Assembly (NCBI GenBank): GCA_039028615.1
Contig: JBCCHT010000006.1
Span: 1-64,000 of the forward strand
Direction of reading: 5' to 3'
DNA: 64,000 nt
Origin: Myxococcota bacterium
GTDB taxonomy: Bacteria > Myxococcota_A > Polyangia > Nannocystales > Nannocystaceae
The translations under genes and the position numbers were made by a program. The notes beneath the pieces were generated by a model, which was not told where the DNA came from, searched no databases, and saw only the letters and a list, made by a program, of their open reading frames with translations. Shown here piece by piece: positions 20,789-29,863 of the stretch; the first letter of the stretch is position 1; each line of letters starts with the position of its first letter.

Positions 20789-22027
20789 CTATGGATCTGG
20801 TGTCGCGGGTGGTCCCTCGGGACACACCGCTCGTTCGGCGACGAGCGACCCCGGATGTCGACGTCGCAGCAGCGCCGCTTCGGCGCGCGCCTGGGCTCCC
20901 TTGCCGAGGGCACACAACGCACCGACCCGCGCCACCCTCAGCTCCACGACCAGGGCGCCCGATGGGAACTGCTGCAACACCTCGTCCACGCGGGACAGCG
21001 CATCGCCAGGGCGGCCGCGCTGCAACAGTGCCCGCGCCTTCGCCAGCGCGTGGCTCTGCACGGTCAGGGGGTCTTCGGCGGCGGGAGTGACATCGGCGTC
21101 GGTCGGCGATGGTCGCCGCCGAACTCGGGCGGGCACCGCATCGACGACGGCGGGGGCGCTCGCCGAAGGCAGTGGCGGTGTCTGTGTTGGGGGCGAGGCC
21201 ACGGGCACGACCGCGTTCACGGAAGGCTTGGTCGTGGGGTCTTCGGCGCGGGGCGTGACGGCGGCAGCGCGGGATGGAGCGTCGTCCGCGGTCCCGACTC
21301 CGAGCATCACCACCCCCCCGAGCGCCGCGGCTCCGACGACCGCCGGGATCGTCTTGGCACCCGCGCCGAACCACGCACCGACCGGTACGAGCGAGGCGCC
21401 CGGCTTGGAGATGCGGACCAGCAACAACCCGAGCATGCGCCGACGCGTTTGCGAATCGGGGGCCGGCCCCTCGTCACTGCTCGCGACCAACTTCGAGGGC
21501 GAACACCGAACCTGCTCGGCATATCGCTCGAAGCTCCGGCGTGCGACCCGAAGCCGAGCCGCGGCCGTATTGCGATTGAGACCGAGGCTCCGGGCCGCAT
21601 CCGAGGTGCTGAACTGCTCGAGCTCGACCATCACGAACATCGCCCGGTTCCGCTCGTCCAAAGAGGCGAGGAAGCGCTGCACCAGCTGGGCGCCCCGGGC
21701 CAGCCGCAAGGTGTCGTCCGGTTCGGGGCTCTGCGGCGCCTGGCGTCGCAGCTCCTCGATCCGCCGTCGATGACGCCCGCTTCGCCTTCGGTGTTCACTC
21801 GCCACGCGGCGGCAGATGCCCAGCAGCCACGCCCTCGTCTTCGTCTCGTCGAGCAGCGCGTCCCGCCGCCGATGCACGACGAGGAAGACGTCCTGAACCG
21901 CATCCTCGAGGTCGGCCCGATCCACGCCGAACCGCCACAGCGCCCGCCACACGACGCTCACGTGGCGGCGGTAGACCTGCTCGAAGGCGTGGGTGCTCCC
22001 CAGCGGAGCCATCGCGGGCAGAGCCAT
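20789..22027 (-). CDS. ECF RNA polymerase sigma factor with C-terminal TM and TPR-like extension
   Basis: Region 2 DLEDAVQDVFLVVHRR and RAWLLGI; region 4 HTH NTAAARLRVAR; hydrophobic segment, Pro-rich linker, then a FPSGALV TPR-like tail. Confidence 0.85.
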   Translation of the reverse strand: MALPAMAPLGSTHAFEQVYRRHVSVVWRALWRFGVDRADLEDAVQDVFLVVHRRRDALLDETKTRAWLLGICRRVASEHRRRSGRHRRRIEELRRQAPQSPEPDDTLRLARGAQLVQRFLASLDERNRAMFVMVELEQFSTSDAARSLGLNRNTAAARLRVARRSFERYAEQVRCSPSKLVASSDEGPAPDSQTRRRMLGLLLVRISKPGASLVPVGAWFGAGAKTIPAVVGAAALGGVVMLGVGTADDAPSRAAAVTPRAEDPTTKPSVNAVVPVASPPTQTPPLPSASAPAVVDAVPARVRRRPSPTDADVTPAAEDPLTVQSHALAKARALLQRGRPGDALSRVDEVLQQFPSGALVVELRVARVGALCALGKGAQARAEAALLRRRHPGSLVAERAVCPEGPPATPDP

Positions 22028-22065
22028 CTACCCTCCTATGGCCGCCTTGGCCGAAAGTGGTGTCG

Positions 22066-23034
22066 TCAATTCCATCGCCGCTCGATCCCCACCATCGCGC
22101 GCAATCCGCCCGCTCCGGTGGCCAGTGGACCCGCCCCGTCGACGGTGAACTGAGGGCGGGCCAGACCCACGAGCCCTTCGCCGCCCAGCCACACGCCCCA
22201 CGGCGGAGCCGGGCGCCACACGAGGTGGGCGGAGACCGACGCGGCCACCCAGGGGCTCGAGACCGTGGTGGGCTCGGCGACTCCGACTCCCCGCGCCACG
22301 ACGGGGGCCAGCTCGACGCCGAGGGACAAGGGCAGCTCGAGCCGCCGATGGAGCGGCATCACGAGGCCCACCCGCGCTCGCCCACCGAGCGCCCACTGGC
22401 GAAGGGTCACCGCATCGCGATCGGGCACGGGGCGCAGCCGAGGCACCAACGCAAAGACGCCCACCTCGAGACGAGCGACGCCTCGCTGCCACGAAAACGC
22501 CAGCTCCGGTCCCAGATCCAGCTCGGCCTGCGTCGCACGACCCGCGAGGGCACCCGCTCGTAGCCCGTAGTAGGTCTCGGGTGCGGGGCTCGACTCGCGC
22601 GCGTCCGAGCCCTGCTCCGCGATGACCGGCTCGCGCGTACGCGCGGTCTCGGAATCCGCCGCGGGGGTGGGACTCGGTACCGCATCTTCGGCCGGACCGA
22701 CTTCGTTCGACGGTACGACTCCGACGGTGGTCTCCACCTGCAGCGGGTCCACGAAGGTGGCCACCACCAGCGCCGTCGCGTCGGCGAGCGTCTCGCAATC
22801 GTCGGAGACCATCCGCCGCACGCGGGTCTCCTCCTGGGCGTGCAACACGAGCTTCAGCGACCACTGCGTCTCCGAAGCGCGCACGGTGGCCGTGGCCGAG
22901 ACGTCGGAGGGCAACGTCCGATCCCCGACGTACTTCGCCAGCCGCTGTTGCACCGCCGCCGCGGACGGGCAGGAGGGAGGCGCCTCCCAGGCGATGTCGG
23001 AAACCAACAGCAGGAGGCCGAGGGGCACCGTCAT
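22066..23034 (-). CDS. Hypothetical protein with probable C-terminal outer-membrane beta-barrel
   Basis: WEAPPSCP...DDCETLADATAL N-domain; alternating amphipathic strands ending GIERRWN; start uncertain. Confidence 0.65.
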   Translation of the reverse strand: MTVPLGLLLLVSDIAWEAPPSCPSAAAVQQRLAKYVGDRTLPSDVSATATVRASETQWSLKLVLHAQEETRVRRMVSDDCETLADATALVVATFVDPLQVETTVGVVPSNEVGPAEDAVPSPTPAADSETARTREPVIAEQGSDARESSPAPETYYGLRAGALAGRATQAELDLGPELAFSWQRGVARLEVGVFALVPRLRPVPDRDAVTLRQWALGGRARVGLVMPLHRRLELPLSLGVELAPVVARGVGVAEPTTVSSPWVAASVSAHLVWRPAPPWGVWLGGEGLVGLARPQFTVDGAGPLATGAGGLRAMVGIERRWN

Positions 23035-23285
23035 CAGCGAAGATCCTACATGAGCCGGAACAGCGACCAACCACGGTGGGACACGCTGCGCCACGTCGAT
23101 CGGCCGAGTTCGTCACCGCCCCGACCCGAAGCAAAGACGCGATCGGAACCCATCGTGCGTTGGACCGAGCGGACCCGAGCCCGCGACGACGAGCGCCCTT
23201 CACGCGGCCCGGGCACACAGTCGATGGACCCCCGATTCCCAGAGCAAACAGCGTTCTCGTAGCCCCGATCTCGGCCTTCGAATTC

Positions 23286-23312
23286 ATGACCAATCGATGA
23301 CAATCGCATGAC
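23286..23312. promoter_or_regulatory. Three ATGAC (GTCAT) direct repeats at 11-bp period; candidate OmpR/PhoB-family binding site
   Basis: ATGAC starts at 23286, 23297 and 23308 in the divergent intergenic region. Confidence 0.65.
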
Positions 23313-23379
23313 CGTCCCGTGCTCCTCGGCACCCCTTCGGTGCGTTTCATTGAACCAAGCCCCGACCGAAGACGCCGCC

Positions 23380-25116
23380 ATGAAGCTCATTCGACTCCGC
23401 CGATCCCTCCTGCCCACCGCCCGCATCGCCATGGTGACTGCGCTGGCTCTGTCGAGCTGCGCCGACCAGGACGAGGCCACGCCCGCCACCGCTTCGGTCG
23501 ACGACCGAGGCGGCCGCCAGGAAAAAGTCGCGAGCAAAGACGACCGCAAGGCCGACGACGCCAAGGCCGAGCCGGCCGCGGCCGCCGACAGCCCGATGCC
23601 GATCTTCGCCGACAAGGAGCCCGAGGCCACCCGGACCCCGCCCCCGGACGAAGTGAACGAGGACGGCAAGGGGATCGACCAGGCGCAACGAACCACCGAG
23701 TTCTTCACGCACTACGGGGTCGGCCCCACCATCGACACCCGCGAGGCTCCCTTCTCGACCTTCGCCGTCGATGTGGATACCGCGTCGTACTCGGTGGCGC
23801 GCTCCTACCTCGAACGCCAGCAGCTGCCACCCGAGGCCGCCGTCCGGGTCGAAGAGGTGGTCAACTACTTCGACTACGACTACGCGCCGCCCACCACGGA
23901 GGACTTCAGCATGCACGCCGAGGTCGTTCCCTCCCCCCAGCGCCAGGGCTACCACCTGCTGCACCTGGGCCTCAAAGGCAAGGAGATCGCGGCCGCCGAG
24001 CGCCCCGACGCCAACCTGGTGTTCGTGATCGACGTGTCCGGCTCGATGGGCAGCGAAGGGCGCCTGACGATGGTGCAGGACTCGCTGCGCCTGCTGGTCA
24101 ATCAGCTGCGGGCCAGCGACCGCGTGGCCGTGGTGGTCTACGGCAGCACGGCCCGCACGCTGCTGCCCTCCACCCCCGGCTCGCAGCGCCAGGCGATCAT
24201 GGCCGCCATCGACCAGCTGCAGACCGAGGGCTCGACCAACGTCGAGGCGGGCCTGCGGCTGGGCTACCAGCTCGCGGAGAACCAGGCCCGCGGGGCGGGC
24301 ATCAACCGCGTCGTGCTGTGCTCCGATGGCGTCGCCAATACCGGGGCCACCAGCGCTCAGGCCATCTTGCGGAGGGTCGCCGAGCATGCCGAAAAGGGCA
24401 TCACCATCACCACCATCGGCGTGGGCATGGGCGACTACAACGATGCGTTCATGGAGCAGCTCGCCGACGAGGGCAACGGCAACTACGCCTATGTCGACGA
24501 CGAGGACGAGGCGGAGCGGATCTTCGTCGACCACCTCACGGGTACGCTCCAGGTCATCGCCAAGGACGTGAAGCTCCAGCTCGAGTTCGATCCAGCCGCG
24601 GTCGCTCGCTACCGCCTGCTCGGCTACGAAAACCGCAGCCTCTCCCGCCAGGACTTCGACGACGACCGCAAGGACGCGGGCGAGCTCGGGGCGGGCCACA
24701 CGGTGACCGCGCTATACGAGGTGAAGATCCAGCCCGGCGACCACGCCAAGCTGGGCACGCTGCGGGTCCGCTACAAGGCGCCGCGCGCCGAGACCTCCTC
24801 CAAGCTCGAGCGCGACCTCCCCATGAGCCTCGTCCGCTCGACGTGGTCAGAGGCCGCAGCCCCCACCCAGCTGTCGGTGGTCGCGGCCGGCTACGCGGAG
24901 AAGCTGCGGGGCTCGTACTGGGCCCGAAACCTCAGCTGGGAGCAGCTGCAGGGCCTCTACGCCGAGATCGACCCCGCCCTGCGCAGCCAGGACACGGTGC
25001 GCGAGCTGGGCGAGCTCATCGATGCGGCGACGCGGCTCGACCAGCGCCCCGACAAGTTCGAGCGCGACCTCCCCGTCGCCGCCATGGACTTCGACCGCGT
25101 CCCCGTGCTTCGGTGA
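23380..25116 (+). CDS. YfbK-like von Willebrand factor A domain lipoprotein
   Basis: Lipobox LSSC; STFAVDVDTASY; MIDAS DVSGSM; YRLLGYENR and DAGELGAGHTVTALYE. Confidence 0.9.
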   Translation: MKLIRLRRSLLPTARIAMVTALALSSCADQDEATPATASVDDRGGRQEKVASKDDRKADDAKAEPAAAADSPMPIFADKEPEATRTPPPDEVNEDGKGIDQAQRTTEFFTHYGVGPTIDTREAPFSTFAVDVDTASYSVARSYLERQQLPPEAAVRVEEVVNYFDYDYAPPTTEDFSMHAEVVPSPQRQGYHLLHLGLKGKEIAAAERPDANLVFVIDVSGSMGSEGRLTMVQDSLRLLVNQLRASDRVAVVVYGSTARTLLPSTPGSQRQAIMAAIDQLQTEGSTNVEAGLRLGYQLAENQARGAGINRVVLCSDGVANTGATSAQAILRRVAEHAEKGITITTIGVGMGDYNDAFMEQLADEGNGNYAYVDDEDEAERIFVDHLTGTLQVIAKDVKLQLEFDPAAVARYRLLGYENRSLSRQDFDDDRKDAGELGAGHTVTALYEVKIQPGDHAKLGTLRVRYKAPRAETSSKLERDLPMSLVRSTWSEAAAPTQLSVVAAGYAEKLRGSYWARNLSWEQLQGLYAEIDPALRSQDTVRELGELIDAATRLDQRPDKFERDLPVAAMDFDRVPVLR

Positions 25117-25122
25117 GCCCTC

Positions 25123-26973
25123 ATGGCCTCGATGCGCAGGCTCCTGCCCTTTGCTCTGTCCCTCGGCGTGGGTCTGCTGATCCTGCTGTGGGGGCTGGTG
25201 ATGCTCGAGCGCATCGTCATCGACGAGCGAGAGCAGGCCCACGCCTCCATCGACGAGCAGCGCACGACCCTGGCCGAGCACGCGCGAAGGACCCTCGAGC
25301 TGCGCCTGCAGGCGAAGATCCACGGGCGCGGTGAAGACTACGACCGGGCCCTCGCCGACCCCTTCGCCTCGGACGAGGACCTGCTGCTCATCGACGGCGA
25401 TCGCCAGCGGCTGCCGCGGGTGAGCCAGCCCGCGCCCGGCGAGCAGACCCCGGCCAAGGCGCTCTACCAGCGCCTGCGCCGACGCGAGCGACCCGAGGAC
25501 CTCGAGCGTGGCTCCCCGCCGATGCGTCGCTCCGAGCTGGCCCTCGAGCTGTTCGATGCCATCGATCGCCAGCAGCGGGCCGAGATCGCATCCACGATGC
25601 GGGCCATCCTCCAGCACCGCACCCGCTTCGTGCTCGACTCCGGCTTCGACCTGCCGCTGATGGTGGCCGTGCTCGACGAGCTCGCCGCCTTCTCGCCGCC
25701 CGCCCCCGAGCTGATGGATGGCCTGCTGCGGCACGGCTTCGGCGAGGCCCCCGGGGCCCGGCTCGAGTCCTTGCAGCACCTGCTGCTCAAGCGACGCGGG
25801 CGGTTCTCGACGGGTGACTTCGAGTTCTTGTCCGAGCGCATCGCCGCCCTGTCCCGCGGTGCCAGCGTGGACTTCAAAGACTTCGAGCACGCCGCCGAGG
25901 CCCCCACGGGCACGCCGATCCCCCGCCCGGCCGAGATCCAGGACGCGACCTTCATCGACGAGGGACGCTGGTATCTCGCCCCGCACTCGTCGTCGCAGCT
26001 GCGCGGGGTCTCGGTCGCGCTGGGGCCCCTGACCCAGAGCCTGAGCGACGAGATGCACCATCGCGGGCTGCTGCGCGAAGAGGACCGCGTGTCCCTGCCC
26101 GCCCTGCCCCGCCCCACCACGCTCGCGTCGATGCCCATCGAGATCGACGCCCCGCGCCTGTCCCGGGCCCGACGCGAGGCCGACGACCGGTTCTGGCTCA
26201 AGACCGCCTTCGTGGTGGGCACCGGGCTCTTGGTGCTGATCATCGCCGTGCTCGCGATGCTCCTGCAGCGCCGCCGCCATCGCTTCGTGGAGCTCAAGAG
26301 CGACTTCGTGGCCACCGTGTCCCACGAGCTGCGCACCCCGCTGGCCTCGGTCCGCTTGATGGCCGAGACCCTCGAGCGCCGCACCAAAGACCTGCCCGCC
26401 GCCAAGGACTACCCCGCCCGCATCATCCGCGACATCGACGGGCTGTCGTTCCTCGTGGAGAACATCCTGTCCTTCAATCGACTCGACAAGGGGCGCTGGC
26501 AGCCGCGGCTCACCGAGGTCGCGCTGGGACCCCTGCTCGACGAGATCCTCGATGACCTCGATGCCCCCGGGGGTCGAAGCGTGCACCCGCAGCTCGAGGG
26601 CGTCCGCGGGGTGGTCTTGCGGGCGGATCGCGAGCTGATGGCGCTGCTGCTGCGCAACCTCGCGATCAATGCCTGCACCTACAACGAGCGCGATCCCATC
26701 ACCCTGCGCTTCGAGGGTCGACGTGAAGGCAGCCGCTTCCGGCTGCGGGTCCACGACAACGGCGTGGGCATCCCTGCCGCCGAGCAGGGGCGGATCTTCG
26801 AGGACTTTCGCCGGGTGGCCGGGACTCGAGCGCGCGGCAGCGGCCTCGGCCTGAGCATCTGTCGCAAGACCATGGATGCCCACGGGGGACGGATCACCAT
26901 CGGCTCGTCGACGCCCCAGGGCACCCGCTTCGACCTCGACTTTCCCGCTACGATGGTGGTGGCGGAACCATGA
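25123..26973 (+). CDS. Sensor histidine kinase
   Basis: Two TM helices; H-box VSHELRTPL; N box, DNGVGI, GSGLGL. Confidence 0.93.
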   Translation: MASMRRLLPFALSLGVGLLILLWGLVMLERIVIDEREQAHASIDEQRTTLAEHARRTLELRLQAKIHGRGEDYDRALADPFASDEDLLLIDGDRQRLPRVSQPAPGEQTPAKALYQRLRRRERPEDLERGSPPMRRSELALELFDAIDRQQRAEIASTMRAILQHRTRFVLDSGFDLPLMVAVLDELAAFSPPAPELMDGLLRHGFGEAPGARLESLQHLLLKRRGRFSTGDFEFLSERIAALSRGASVDFKDFEHAAEAPTGTPIPRPAEIQDATFIDEGRWYLAPHSSSQLRGVSVALGPLTQSLSDEMHHRGLLREEDRVSLPALPRPTTLASMPIEIDAPRLSRARREADDRFWLKTAFVVGTGLLVLIIAVLAMLLQRRRHRFVELKSDFVATVSHELRTPLASVRLMAETLERRTKDLPAAKDYPARIIRDIDGLSFLVENILSFNRLDKGRWQPRLTEVALGPLLDEILDDLDAPGGRSVHPQLEGVRGVVLRADRELMALLLRNLAINACTYNERDPITLRFEGRREGSRFRLRVHDNGVGIPAAEQGRIFEDFRRVAGTRARGSGLGLSICRKTMDAHGGRITIGSSTPQGTRFDLDFPATMVVAEP

Positions 26974-27686
26974 GCGCCCAAGCCCACCCCGAACTCGTCC
27001 TCGTCGTGGAAGACGACGAGAACCTCCGCATCGCCCTGGTCGACAACCTCCAAGACGAAGGCTACGCGGTCGTGGCCGTCGACGGGGGCCGAGCCGCGCT
27101 CGAGGCCGCCCAGCAGCGCCCCCCCGCGCTGGTGGTGCTCGACATCATGCTGCCTGATCTCGACGGCTATGCGGTGTGCAAGGCCCTGCGGCAGTACGGC
27201 AGCACCGCCAAGATCTTGATGCTCACCGCCCGGACGTTGGAGGACGACGTGGTGCAAGGCTTCGACGTGGGCGCGGACGACTACCTCGCCAAGCCCTATC
27301 GCCTGCGTGAGCTGCTGGCCCGCATCCGCGCTCTGCTGCGTCGGGGGGCCACGGCCCCCGCCCCCACCACTCGTGACCTGCCCGGTTTCGACATCGACCG
27401 GGCGGCGCGGACCGTGGCGCGAAACGACGGCCAAGGCATCGAGCTGACCCGGACCGAATTCGACCTCCTGGTGTTCCTGCTGGACAACCCGGGCACCGCG
27501 CTCACCCGCGAGCGCATCCTGGACCAGGTCTGGGGCGATGGCGTCATCGTGGATCCACGGACGGTGGACAACTTCGTGTCCAGCCTCAAGCGCAAGCTCG
27601 GCTGGCGCAAGGGCTGCGGATACGCGGTTCGGGCGGTCCGGGGCGTGGGCTATCGGCTGGAGCTCGACGCAAGTCCCGCCACGTAA
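26970..27686 (+). CDS. OmpR/PhoB-family response regulator
   Basis: VEDD, LDIMLP, GADDYLAKPY, winged helix RTVDNFV...VRGVGY. Confidence 0.95.
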   Translation: MSAQAHPELVLVVEDDENLRIALVDNLQDEGYAVVAVDGGRAALEAAQQRPPALVVLDIMLPDLDGYAVCKALRQYGSTAKILMLTARTLEDDVVQGFDVGADDYLAKPYRLRELLARIRALLRRGATAPAPTTRDLPGFDIDRAARTVARNDGQGIELTRTEFDLLVFLLDNPGTALTRERILDQVWGDGVIVDPRTVDNFVSSLKRKLGWRKGCGYAVRAVRGVGYRLELDASPAT

Positions 27687-27821
27687 CGATCGCCGTCGCC
27701 ATCGCGTCTTCCTTGGAGCCCAGGCCAAAACGGCGCGTCCTCGCCGTTGCCTGATAGACTCGAAGCCGCCCTCGTCGCGCTCGTCACCGCGAACGGGGCC
27801 ACGCCGAGAAGGACGATTCCG

Positions 27822-28259
27822 ATGGACCTCAAGTCGATACCCGCCGCCCTGACCCTGTTGGCCGGCGGTCTGAGCCTCACCGCCTGTGCCTCCAAGACCG
27901 CCGACGCCACCGAGGTGAATCCGCCCGCCGCCGCTGCCTCCGACGCAGACGCCGAAGCGCACGCCAAGGAAGCCGAAGCGAGCTGCGGCGGCGAGGGCCG
28001 CTGCGGCGCGAACAATGAAGCGGACCCCGCCGACTCGGCCGAGGCCGCCGAGGCTTCCGACGCGGAAGCGCCCACCGCCGAGCCCGAGCCCGAGAGCCTC
28101 GCCGCTCAAGCTCCGCCTGCCGAGGCGGCACAGGCCGAAGCTCAGCCCGAGCCCAAGCCCAAAGCCAAGCCCAAGAAGACCAAGAACAAGAAGCCGGCCA
28201 AGCGAAAGAGCAAGAAGAACGCGGCCGAAGAAAAATGTGGTGAAGGCACCTGCGGCTGA
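27822..28259 (+). CDS. Low-complexity lipoprotein with HvfA-like (E)xxCG(E)GxCG motifs
   Basis: Lipobox LTAC; EASCGGEGRCG and C-terminal EEKCGEGTCG; Ala/Glu/Pro and Lys-rich linkers. Confidence 0.7.
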   Translation: MDLKSIPAALTLLAGGLSLTACASKTADATEVNPPAAAASDADAEAHAKEAEASCGGEGRCGANNEADPADSAEAAEASDAEAPTAEPEPESLAAQAPPAEAAQAEAQPEPKPKAKPKKTKNKKPAKRKSKKNAAEEKCGEGTCG

Positions 28260-28324
28260 CCACCTTGCCCCCTACGGTCCGGCCCGACTCCCTGTAGGCG
28301 TTGCGATCGCCTACGATTGAGTCG

Positions 28325-29185
28325 ATGCGCGGCCCCGATGGGATTGCCGCCAGCGTCTGGGTTTTCGCCTCGACGCTGGCCCTTGCCTGCACGGCCGACA
28401 ACCCTCGGTTCGAGGCCAACGACAGCGCGAGCGAGCCGGACGCCAGCGCCTCGGCGAGTACGACGGGTGTCACGCCCGGCGACGACGAGGGCATGGCGAC
28501 CGACCCGGTCCCGCCCGCCACCGAAGACGACGGGACGCCCGGCGATGGACCGGGCTCCGACAGCGGAGTCGATGCATGCTTCGACCCCGAGGAGGGGGTG
28601 GAGCTCCTGTTCGACGTCGACGTCGAGTTTCGACCGATGCTGTGCACGGGGGGCATCGGCGCCAGCGGCCTCCTCGAGCGCAACGGCGACTATTGGCTCA
28701 CCCCGGGCGGATGCGAGAGCGACGGTAACCCCTCGATCCGCCTGTACTTCCAGCCCATCGGACCCGTGCTGTCCGAGGGCGAGGCGCGCTGCGTCGACTT
28801 CGTGTTCAAGGTCGACGAAGAAGACTGCTCGCTGACCTACGTCATCATTCGCGAGGCGGGAGAGGGGCCGCTCATCTACGTCGCGGCGACCGTGGCCGGC
28901 AGCCCGCTCACCGACAACATCGCGGTGCAGGCGACACCTCTCGACGGCGCCTGCGATTGCGCGGCGGGGCCCGAGCTGTGCTGCGAGCCCTCGACCCCCG
29001 CCGGCCCCTATGGCCTGGCCCTCGACATTCCGCCCGACGGTGAGCAAGGCGTCGTCGAGCAGGGCGAAGTGCTCCCCCTCAGCTTCGGTCAAGCGACGTA
29101 CGAGTTCTCGAACCTCCAGTCCCGCGTCACCAACGACTGCGAGGACCCCTTGCACTTCGACTGGGTGCTACGGCGTGTCGACTGA
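28325..29185 (+). CDS. Cys-rich hypothetical lipoprotein
   Basis: ALAC lipobox followed by TADNPRF; acidic linker; multiple Cys. Confidence 0.7.
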   Translation: MRGPDGIAASVWVFASTLALACTADNPRFEANDSASEPDASASASTTGVTPGDDEGMATDPVPPATEDDGTPGDGPGSDSGVDACFDPEEGVELLFDVDVEFRPMLCTGGIGASGLLERNGDYWLTPGGCESDGNPSIRLYFQPIGPVLSEGEARCVDFVFKVDEEDCSLTYVIIREAGEGPLIYVAATVAGSPLTDNIAVQATPLDGACDCAAGPELCCEPSTPAGPYGLALDIPPDGEQGVVEQGEVLPLSFGQATYEFSNLQSRVTNDCEDPLHFDWVLRRVD

Positions 29186-29854
29186 CCACTCGATGCCCGC
29201 CGCCTGCAGCGTGTCGCGAGACGTGGCCTGGCCCGCGTCACCGCCGATGGCCGCGGTGGCCGGCGCGATGACTCGAACCCGATAGCCGCGATCGACCAGC
29301 CCCTGGGCGGCCGCGTCGACGCAGTAGCCCCCCGTGCAGTAGCCGAGTACGTCGAAGCGCACCTGCGAGGGACCCCCCAGATCGTCGACGAGCCGGGCGA
29401 TGACCGGCTCGGCCGCGGGATTGGAGAACAGCGAGTAGACCTCTTTTTCGAAGAACACGCCGACGCCGCTGCGTGCCTCCTGGGCCAGCGCGGCGGCATC
29501 GAGCACGCGCGTGCCCTCGCCTTGCCGGTCCTCGCCCACCAGGTTCTGCACCCCGCCCGCCACCACCTGCATGGGCACGAAGCGGGTCCGCGCCGGCTTG
29601 CCGACAAAGACCCTCAGCCAGCCGGGGGTGCCCTTGATGCAGTGCGGCGGGAACGGGCCCCCGTTGGCGTTGAACTCCCAGGCGTCGTAGGCGTGCGAGT
29701 CGACGGAGCCGATGATGGGATCGCCCGCGGCCTCGGCCGCGGCCAGCTCGGACTCGATGGCCTCGTGCACGGACGCAACCGCCTCGACGTACAGCGCCCC
29801 TTTGGAATCGACGAAATCGAACTGGGTGTCAACGTCAACGAGGATGCGTCGCAT
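29168..29854 (-). CDS. pncA: Nicotinamidase (isochorismatase family)
   Basis: DVDTQFDF, DSH, FPPHCIKGTPG, K...YSLF, catalytic YCV; adjacent to NAPRTase. Confidence 0.82.
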   Translation of the reverse strand: MRRILVDVDTQFDFVDSKGALYVEAVASVHEAIESELAAAEAAGDPIIGSVDSHAYDAWEFNANGGPFPPHCIKGTPGWLRVFVGKPARTRFVPMQVVAGGVQNLVGEDRQGEGTRVLDAAALAQEARSGVGVFFEKEVYSLFSNPAAEPVIARLVDDLGGPSQVRFDVLGYCTGGYCVDAAAQGLVDRGYRVRVIAPATAAIGGDAGQATSRDTLQAAGIEWSVDTP

Positions 29855-29863
29855 GGCTCGGCC

